Assembly (NCBI GenBank): GCA_032128375.1 | Contig: JAQBGU010000082.1 | Coordinates: 1-23,122 of the forward strand | Reading direction: 5' to 3' | Length of the DNA stretch: 23,122 bases | From: Deltaproteobacteria bacterium | Lineage (GTDB): Bacteria; Myxococcota_A; UBA9160; SMWR01 | In this document: positions 9,143-16,388 of the stretch, piece after piece | Position numbering within the stretch: the first letter of the stretch is position 1 | Layout: every line of letters starts with the position of its first letter | The notes under the pieces: model-generated | Database searches by the model: none | What the model saw: the letters and a program-made list of their open reading frames with translations, nothing else | Told to the model about the DNA's origin: nothing | Made by a program: the position numbers and the translations under genes

Positions 9143-9218
9143 TCCTCGGTAGCTCAGTTGGTAGAGCAAGCGGCTGTTAACCGCTGGGTCGTAGGTTCGA
9201 GTCCTACCCGAGGAGCCA
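9143..9218 (+). tRNA. tRNA-Asn (anticodon GTT)
   Basis: Acceptor stem TCCTCGG/CCGAGGA, anticodon arm AGCGG-CTGTTAA-CCGCT, GTTCGAGTC T-loop, encoded CCA. Confidence 0.98.
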
Positions 9219-9732
9219 CTTTCTTTCGAAGCGCTCATGAATGGCCCTGAGCGAGCGAGCCATGCCCTGACGAATGCTCTGCCGCTGCGTCCGCGTACTC
9301 GCGAGATCCGAGATCGATGGATCGTCGCTTGCGCAAGAAATCAAATCGAGTCGCAGCGGCCACGCATCGGGATCGAAATTCGCGCGGGTGTACATGACAC
9401 AGAAACGGCGTACCCAAGTTCGCGTACTCTCAGGGCAAGGTAGTGCGTGATCTAGTAGGGGATGCCATCCGCCAGAGCACACATACCGGCAGATCGTTCG
9501 AAATCGACTCGCCAGGATGAAGCCCGTTGTCGCAGCCGGCACAGCATCAGAAAATCGGCCTTTGCGCGCCGTGAATTGGCGAGGCCATTGCGCAGCGCAG
9601 ACCTCGGTGCGCGCTCGCATTTGCCCCGTGGCCATATCGCGGGGATTCTACCGGGTTTCACCCCGCCGCGTTGCCGATACAATCCCGGCTCGATGATCCC
9701 GGCCAGATGGCCAGGTGGAGGAAAGCGCTCGG

Positions 9733-10302
9733 ATGAACGCACGGACGACCGGTTGGATTTTATCGACCATGACCCTGGCATCCACAGTGGTGCTGTCCGT
9801 GAGCGCGGCGGCCGAGACCGCCTGGGTCAACGACGACGTCCACCTGCAGTTGCGAACTGGCGCCGGGAACAACTTTCGAATCGTCGGCCAGATCCAGACC
9901 GGTGACTCGGTCAGCATCGTGAATCGCAGCGAAGGTTGGACACAAGTGCAGACCGACGCCGGGAAATCAGGCTGGGTACCCGCTGGCTTTCTCCAGCTCG
10001 AACCACCAGCTAGGATTGCGCTCGCCAAACTCGAGGCTGCAACCGCAGCGCATCGGTCCGAATTGGAAAAGTTGACCGAGCAGATTGCAACTCTTCGCGC
10101 ATCGAACGAAGAATTGTCCGGCCAGGATGCGGGCCAGCGAGACCAGATCGACCGGCTCACCCGCGAGAACTACGAATTGCGCGCCGGTGCGCGCTGGCCT
10201 GAATGGATCACCGGCGCGGGGATCGTATTCGTCGGCATGATCCTTGGATGGATCCTCAGCAAGAGCTCGGGGCGTCGCCGCCAACAGCGCATCCGACTTT
10301 GA
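9733..10302 (+). CDS. TIGR04211/YgiM-like SH3b domain protein (signal peptide, SH3b, coiled coil, C-terminal TM)
   Basis: LRTGAGNNFRIV...GWTQV...GWVP SH3b pattern, coiled coil, W-x-x-GAG TM anchor and basic tail. GGAGG SD before ATG 9733; TACAAT at 9678-9683. Confidence 0.9.
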   Translation: MNARTTGWILSTMTLASTVVLSVSAAAETAWVNDDVHLQLRTGAGNNFRIVGQIQTGDSVSIVNRSEGWTQVQTDAGKSGWVPAGFLQLEPPARIALAKLEAATAAHRSELEKLTEQIATLRASNEELSGQDAGQRDQIDRLTRENYELRAGARWPEWITGAGIVFVGMILGWILSKSSGRRRQQRIRL

Positions 10303-10309
10303 TTGGGAC

Positions 10310-11245
10310 GTGACCGGCCCCCTCCAGCTCGGCGACCAAGTTCGCTGCGGTGTCGTGGCAGCCGGTGGATCGCGGGAAACCACTCTGCGTGCGGCGCGCA
10401 GTGCAGAAGAACTCGGCTACGACTCGATCTGGGCCGGCGATCATATTTCGTTTCACATCCCGATCCTCGAATCTCTCACGCTGCTGTCGTTCTTGGCTGC
10501 GGCGACGGAACGAATCAAGCTCGGAACCGCGGTTTACCTGATGCCGCTGAGGCCCCCCGCGCTGATCGCGAAGATTACGTCGACCCTCGACCTGCTGAGC
10601 GGCGGACGCCTGACACTCGGAATCGGCGTCGGCGGGGAATTTCCACCCGAATTCGAGGCGTCCGGTGTCCCAGTTGCCGAGCGCGGTTCGCGCACCGACG
10701 AAGCGATCGAAGTCGTGCGCCGCTTGTGGACTGAAGATCGCGTCGAACACCGTGGACACCATTTCGAGTTCGGTCCGATCTCGATCGACCCGAAGCCTTC
10801 TGTGAGTCCACCGATTTGGGTCGGCGGCCGCCGACCGCCTGCGTTGCGCCGTGCGGGCCGGCTGGGTGACGGCTACATCTCACATATGACAGCTCCCGAC
10901 ACGTACCGCGCCAATCTCGAAACGATTCAGACCCATGCCCGCCAAGCCAATCGCGACGCGCAGCCCTTCTCCACTGCGGCCTTCTTGTTCACCGTGCTCG
11001 ACGATCGATATGAAGCGGCACTGGAACGAGCCATAACGATGCTCGAAGGGATGTACCGGGTTCCGTTCCGAGAGGCGGCACCAAAGTACTGTCTGCTCGG
11101 CCGGCCGGAAGACTGCCTCGAGCAGATGCATCGCTTCGTTGCTTCGGGGGTCCGCCACTTCGTCATCGCCCCGCTGTCGAAGCCCGCCGAAACGATCGAA
11201 ACGATCGCTCGAGAAATTCTGCCGGCGATTCGTGCACTCTGCTGA
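10310..11245 (+). CDS. LLM (luciferase-like monooxygenase) class flavin-dependent oxidoreductase
   Basis: AEELGYDSIWAGDH, AATERIKLGTAV, LDLLSGGRLTLGIG and PPIWVGG motifs; GTG 10310 chosen as start. Confidence 0.92.
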   Translation: MTGPLQLGDQVRCGVVAAGGSRETTLRAARSAEELGYDSIWAGDHISFHIPILESLTLLSFLAAATERIKLGTAVYLMPLRPPALIAKITSTLDLLSGGRLTLGIGVGGEFPPEFEASGVPVAERGSRTDEAIEVVRRLWTEDRVEHRGHHFEFGPISIDPKPSVSPPIWVGGRRPPALRRAGRLGDGYISHMTAPDTYRANLETIQTHARQANRDAQPFSTAAFLFTVLDDRYEAALERAITMLEGMYRVPFREAAPKYCLLGRPEDCLEQMHRFVASGVRHFVIAPLSKPAETIETIAREILPAIRALC

Positions 11246-11317
11246 TACCGCTGTGTCACGTCTCATGCAGTCTGCCATGAGTCGGCCGTTTCCAGATCGC
11301 TAAGCGGCACCGACCTG

Positions 11318-12751
11318 TCAGCCGCGCCAGAACCGCGGTTGCAGCAGAACCAGCAAGGTGAAGACATCGAGTCTGCCCGCAATCATGCACGCGGAGAGTC
11401 CCAGTTTCACGTACGACGGCAGATGGGCGAAGCCGTGACTCGGCCCGACATCCCCGAGCGCTGGACCGACATTCGCTGTCAGGCTGAGCGCTGCGGATAC
11501 GGACGTGATCAGGTCATAGCCGGCTGTCGCCATCAAAGCGGCCGCAGCGGCGACGATCAAGAAGTACGCAGTAAAGTACGCCCAGATCGCGGAGATCACT
11601 TCGTCCGACACGATCCGACCGGCGTACTTCACCCGGCGCACCGCGTGCGGGTGAAGCAGTGGCGTGAAAGAATCGCGCAACGCGCGCAATCCGAGCAGCA
11701 ACCGGAGGCTCTTGATTCCGCCCGTCGTCGAGCCGGACATCCCACCCACCACCATCAGAACGAGCAGCACCAGTTGCGCGAAGCCTCCCCAGCTCTCGAA
11801 ATCGGCGGTGTAGTAGCCGGTTCCTGACATCATCGAGATTGTTTGAAAGATCGCCTGTCGCGCGCCGTTCGGTTCGAGTCTGATGCCCGCAGGAATCCAG
11901 ATCAATAATGCGCTGGCGACGACCAGTGTCCCGGCGTAGTACCGAAACTCTCCGTCTCGCTTCAGCAAGCGAATGCGACCGGTAACGATGCGGTCGTGGA
12001 TCACGAAACTCGTCGCACCCAGAACCATCATCACCGCTATGACCCACTCGACCGCCGCCGATCCGAAGCTACCCACCGAACCATCTCGGGTCGAAAACCC
12101 ACCGGTGGAAATACTGGTCAGCGCATGACAGAACGCGTCGTAGGGGCCGAGCCCGGCGAGCGTCAGCGCAGCAAACGCGAGTGCCGTCAAACCGAGATAC
12201 ATGCGGAGCAACCGACCGGCTGTCGCGGCGAATCGCGTTCGACCCGGCTCAGACGAGACATTCGCGGCGTCACTCGAAAACAGTTGCATCCCACCGATAC
12301 CGAGAAATGGCAATATCACGACCGCGACGACCAACACCCCCATTCCACCCAGCCATTGGGTCATCGCGCGCCACAGAATCAGTGCACGCGGGAGCGATTC
12401 GACTGACGGGATCACACTGGCAGCGGTCGTCGTGAACCCCGAAACCGCCTCGAACAGTGCGTCGATAGGCTCGAGTGCATTGGCCGCGATGAAGGGGAGC
12501 GCGCCGAACGTGGCAGCGAGCAGCCATGTGCCCGTGGCGATCACGAAGCCGTCGCGAACCCGGATCTGCTGGTGCATCGGTTGGCTAGCAAGTGCGACGG
12601 ACAACCCGGTGACTCCGGCGGCAATGGCACTCGCCAGATAGGGCAGCGAGGGCTCCCCCCACCAGATTGCACAGCCTGCTGGTACGAGCTGCGCAACCGC
12701 GAGTGCGACCAATACCCAGCCGAGCAATTGCACGTCGCGCAGGACGTTCAC
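11318..12751 (-). CDS. trkH: Trk system potassium uptake membrane protein TrkH
   Basis: FEAVSGFTTT, QWLGGMG, STGGFS, GSTTGGIK, NVGP and GRLD motifs; directly downstream of trkA. Confidence 0.95.
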   Translation of the reverse strand: MNVLRDVQLLGWVLVALAVAQLVPAGCAIWWGEPSLPYLASAIAAGVTGLSVALASQPMHQQIRVRDGFVIATGTWLLAATFGALPFIAANALEPIDALFEAVSGFTTTAASVIPSVESLPRALILWRAMTQWLGGMGVLVVAVVILPFLGIGGMQLFSSDAANVSSEPGRTRFAATAGRLLRMYLGLTALAFAALTLAGLGPYDAFCHALTSISTGGFSTRDGSVGSFGSAAVEWVIAVMMVLGATSFVIHDRIVTGRIRLLKRDGEFRYYAGTLVVASALLIWIPAGIRLEPNGARQAIFQTISMMSGTGYYTADFESWGGFAQLVLLVLMVVGGMSGSTTGGIKSLRLLLGLRALRDSFTPLLHPHAVRRVKYAGRIVSDEVISAIWAYFTAYFLIVAAAAALMATAGYDLITSVSAALSLTANVGPALGDVGPSHGFAHLPSYVKLGLSACMIAGRLDVFTLLVLLQPRFWRG

Positions 12752-12819
12752 GCGATGTTCACTGCACGCCCACGGATACTTCTACAACTAAGGTCACGGC
12801 GATGTACCTACCTTCCCAG

Positions 12820-14169
12820 CTACTCCGCGAGGAACTCCGCCAGCTTTGCGGCATTCTCGGACGTGGTAATCAGCAGAACCCGGTCACCGTGTTCGACACG
12901 ATCGGAACCACGCGGCACGCGCAATTGCTCACCTCGCTGCAGCGCGGCGACCAACACCCCTCGTGGCAGCTTTATTTCAGACAGTGTGCCCTTGGCGAGT
13001 CGGCTGCGTTTGCCCACCCCGGCTTCCACGATCTCAATGCGGTCTTCGAGCAGCTGAGCGACCGACAGAACCTTTCCACCGAGAATGTGCTGAAGTGCCA
13101 GGCCGATCACCAACAGGCGAGGACTGATGATCGCGTCGATGCCAATCTGTCCGACGAGGTCGACCAGCGCGGGGTTGTCGACCAGAACCACCGCACGTCC
13201 GGCTCCGAGCCGTTTTGCGAGTAGTCCCGCTACCAGGTTCGTTTCGTGGTCGGGAGTGACCGCGACGAACGTCGCGATCCGGCCGATGTCTTCCTCTTCT
13301 AACAGCGCCTTGTCGGTCACCAACCCTCGGATGACCAGCGCACCTGCCAGCTCCTCGGATGCCTTGCGGGCCAATTCGTCGTCTTTTTCGATCACAATCG
13401 TCTTGACGTCCTTGGCCTCGAGACGACGAGCGAGTTCGAGGCCGATCGGCCCGGCTCCGGCGATCATGACGCTTTGTCTTTGATCGGGCTGGATACCGAC
13501 CAGCGGCAAGACGTCGGCGAGGTGCTCGCGTGCAATCGCGAAATAGACCAGGTCACCGACTGCGATCTCCTCTCCGCCGTGGGGAATGATCCAGTCCTCG
13601 AGACGATGAATCGCGACTGCAAGTGTCGGAGTTGCCGCGAATAGCAGATTCAAATCGGATACCCGAACGCCCATGAAATCCGAACTCGGCCCAATCCGAA
13701 AGCCGGCTACGATCAGTTTGCCGTCCATGAACGACACGACGTCAACCGCGCCCGGAACCTCGAGCAACGATGCAATCCGATCGACTGCGGCCACGTCTGG
13801 ATTGATCCAGACGTACTCACCCTCGTGATACTGAGCGATCCGCTCCATGCCCTCGGCGTGGCCAACATCTCGCAACCGCACGATGATTCGCGGCACTTTG
13901 AAGGCGAACGAGGCGAGCATCCCCACCACCATGTTGATTTCGTCGTGATTGGTGACCGCGACGACCAGATCGGATTTTTCGATTCCGGCCCTGCGCAGCT
14001 CAGGGGAGGTCGAGCCGTTGCCGCAGAGCACCTGGACGTCGAGCGTCTCTGAAACTTCCCGAACCTTGTCGGGATTCATGTCGATCAGAGAGACGTTGTG
14101 CCCATCTCGCGAGATTTTCTCCGACAACGCGCGCCCAACGCGTCCTGCTCCTACGATTACGATATTCAT
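12820..14169 (-). CDS. trkA: Trk system potassium transporter TrkA (two RCK units)
   Basis: MNIVIVGAGRVG and IAGAGPIG Rossmann motifs; 449 aa; adjacent to trkH. Confidence 0.96.
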   Translation of the reverse strand: MNIVIVGAGRVGRALSEKISRDGHNVSLIDMNPDKVREVSETLDVQVLCGNGSTSPELRRAGIEKSDLVVAVTNHDEINMVVGMLASFAFKVPRIIVRLRDVGHAEGMERIAQYHEGEYVWINPDVAAVDRIASLLEVPGAVDVVSFMDGKLIVAGFRIGPSSDFMGVRVSDLNLLFAATPTLAVAIHRLEDWIIPHGGEEIAVGDLVYFAIAREHLADVLPLVGIQPDQRQSVMIAGAGPIGLELARRLEAKDVKTIVIEKDDELARKASEELAGALVIRGLVTDKALLEEEDIGRIATFVAVTPDHETNLVAGLLAKRLGAGRAVVLVDNPALVDLVGQIGIDAIISPRLLVIGLALQHILGGKVLSVAQLLEDRIEIVEAGVGKRSRLAKGTLSEIKLPRGVLVAALQRGEQLRVPRGSDRVEHGDRVLLITTSENAAKLAEFLAE

Positions 14170-14217
14170 GAGATCAACCCTGGAGCGGCATGCCCGTGAA
14201 CCGGCGCAGAGGGTATG

Positions 14218-15462
14218 TCATTGCGGGGTTGAATTCAGTGGCGCGTAGCGGTGCTTCGCTTCGGCGGCGCTGAGTCCGGCGGCTTTCGCGATTCTCTCCA
14301 GGCGCTCGGGATCAGCAAGATCGGCGGCGGTGATGCGTTCCTGCAGCGCGAGCGAGTTTCGGTAGCTATCGGTCGTGGTGTCCACGTTGCGCACGCGTGC
14401 CTTGCCGGTCGACGCATCGACGATTTCTGAGAACGGCACCGGCACGATATTCGCAGCCTGTCGTGTGATCAACGCACTCGAGTGTCCTGCCAACAGCGAC
14501 GTGACGGCTCCCACACCGAGATCGAGGGTGTAGTCGCGATCGAACGCGGTCGGGTAACCGCAGCGCACCTCGTAACCGACGTCCTTTTCGCCGATTGCGA
14601 CCGTGATACCGCGCGAAGCCAAAGACCTGGCAACCGCGGTACGCAGCACTTTTCCGAGTGGGACTTCAGCCAGTCGGATGTGACCGTGTGCATCTCTCGG
14701 AACCTCCTTCAGAATCGGGTCGGCGGGGTCCATGTGCTCAGCGATCCCCTCCGCGATCACGGCCACGCCATCCGGTCGGCCGGCGGCCAGCCGGCGCACG
14801 ATCGCACCTTCCAGTGTCCGGACCACATCGTCCATTCGGATCGGCAGCTTGGGGAAGTCCTCGGGGATCAGTGAAATGGGTGCACCCGCCGCTTTGCCCG
14901 CCCCGAGCGTGAGGTGGCCCGCAGTCCGACCCATCATGATGATGAAGAACCAGCGGCGCGTGGTCCGCATGTCTTCGAGAATTCTCTCGACGACCGCCGT
15001 CGCGTGTTCGCGGGCGGTCTCGAAACCAAACGTCGGAATACCGGCAGGCAGCGGAAGGTCGTTGTCAATCGTCTTGGGAACATGAACGACCTTGATGCGA
15101 CCTTGGGCGGCGTCGGCTACGCGCATCGCCGAGCTGGCCGTGTCATCGCCTCCGATCGTTATCAGATACTCGACACCGAGGGAATCGAGCGAAGCGACGC
15201 ATGCCGAAAGATGTTCGACCTGCTTGGTCGGGTTTGCCCGTGATGTGTGCAGAATCGAGCCGCCCTGGAGATGAATATGGTCGACGCTCGCTTCGTCCAG
15301 ATCTCGGACTTGGTCAGTCTTGCCGGACATGATGTGCTGAAAACCTTCGGAAATTCCGATCACACGATGGCCAGCTCGGGTTGCGGCGATCACCGCGGCG
15401 CCTATCACACCGTTGATTCCCGGCGCCGGTCCGCCTCCCACCAAGATTCCAAACGTGGCCAT
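14218..15462 (-). CDS. pfp: PPi-dependent phosphofructokinase (diphosphate--fructose-6-phosphate 1-phosphotransferase)
   Basis: GGGPAPGIN, IGGDDT, PKTIDND, MGR and GYEVRC motifs. GGDD plus PKTIDND is the PPi-type signature. Confidence 0.92.
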   Translation of the reverse strand: MATFGILVGGGPAPGINGVIGAAVIAATRAGHRVIGISEGFQHIMSGKTDQVRDLDEASVDHIHLQGGSILHTSRANPTKQVEHLSACVASLDSLGVEYLITIGGDDTASSAMRVADAAQGRIKVVHVPKTIDNDLPLPAGIPTFGFETAREHATAVVERILEDMRTTRRWFFIIMMGRTAGHLTLGAGKAAGAPISLIPEDFPKLPIRMDDVVRTLEGAIVRRLAAGRPDGVAVIAEGIAEHMDPADPILKEVPRDAHGHIRLAEVPLGKVLRTAVARSLASRGITVAIGEKDVGYEVRCGYPTAFDRDYTLDLGVGAVTSLLAGHSSALITRQAANIVPVPFSEIVDASTGKARVRNVDTTTDSYRNSLALQERITAADLADPERLERIAKAAGLSAAEAKHRYAPLNSTPQ

Positions 15463-15635
15463 GGATTCCCCCTTCCCCCGAAGAATGCTTCGGAGTCGTA
15501 CATGTGGATACGGTGTGGGAACTCAGCACGCGAAATCGCGTTCCGACGCGCGAATCAACCGAGCCAGCGCACACGCGAGCGGCTCCCGCTCCAACCTGTC
15601 AGCGCAAACTGTACCCATCGGTTAGGCTGGCGGCC

Positions 15636-16376
15636 ATGACGGCCGTGGGCATCATTCCGGCGCGCTACAGCGCCTCCCGTTTCGCCGGCAAACCACTCGC
15701 GCAGATTGCCGGCATTCCGATGATCCAACGGGTCTGGCAGGGCGCGCTGGCTGCACAGCGGCTCCGCACGACGATCGTCGCGACCGATGACGAGCGGATT
15801 GCCGACTTGTGCCGGTCGTTTGGCGCCGACGTCGCGATGACGAGCCCGGACCACAAGACCGGTACCGACCGTCTGGCCGAGGTCGCGGCCGGCCTCGCCG
15901 ACGATATCATCGTCAACATTCAGGGTGACGAGCCGTTGATCGAAGGCTGGGTCATCGATGCGGCCGTGGATGCGCTGGTGGGCGACCCCGAAGTCTCGAT
16001 GTCCACCGTGATTCACCGCGCAGAACAGGACGATGTGGCTGATCCCAACCGGGTCAAGGTCGTGGTCGATCACGCCGGGCGCGCGCTGTACTTTTCGCGA
16101 AGTGTGATCCCGGCCGTACGCTCTGGTCAGGCCGCACCCCAGTACTGGCAACACGTCGGTCTGTATGCCTACCGCCGGCCATTCCTGCTCGAGTTCATCG
16201 CACTCGAGCCGTCTCCCGCAGAGATCGCAGAACAGCTCGAACAGCTTCGCGCGCTGGAGAACGGGCACCCCATCTGTTGCGCGACGGTCGAGGGCTGGAA
16301 GAGTATTCCGGTCGATGTGCCAGACGATGTCCACCGTGTCGAGGCGGCATTGCGCGAGCGCGCAAAACGTAGTTGA
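15636..16376 (+). CDS. kdsB: 3-deoxy-manno-octulosonate cytidylyltransferase (CMP-Kdo synthetase)
   Basis: IIPARYSASRFAGKPL, VATDD, TGTDR, NIQGDEP, ALYFSR, HVGLYAY and EQLEQLRALE motifs. Confidence 0.97.
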   Translation: MTAVGIIPARYSASRFAGKPLAQIAGIPMIQRVWQGALAAQRLRTTIVATDDERIADLCRSFGADVAMTSPDHKTGTDRLAEVAAGLADDIIVNIQGDEPLIEGWVIDAAVDALVGDPEVSMSTVIHRAEQDDVADPNRVKVVVDHAGRALYFSRSVIPAVRSGQAAPQYWQHVGLYAYRRPFLLEFIALEPSPAEIAEQLEQLRALENGHPICCATVEGWKSIPVDVPDDVHRVEAALRERAKRS

Positions 16377-16388
16377 GTACTCACCGTG

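Noticed and set aside
9219..9732. Island or small genes after tRNA-Asn; sigma28 promoter at GCCGATAC (9673-9680)
   Set aside because: No att duplication or credible ORF; no correctly spaced TAAA -35, and the overlapping TACAAT is a simpler explanation.
10310..11245. Calling the LLM enzyme F420-dependent
   Set aside because: The cofactor cannot be assigned by eye; it needs subfamily HMMs and a check for F420 biosynthesis genes.
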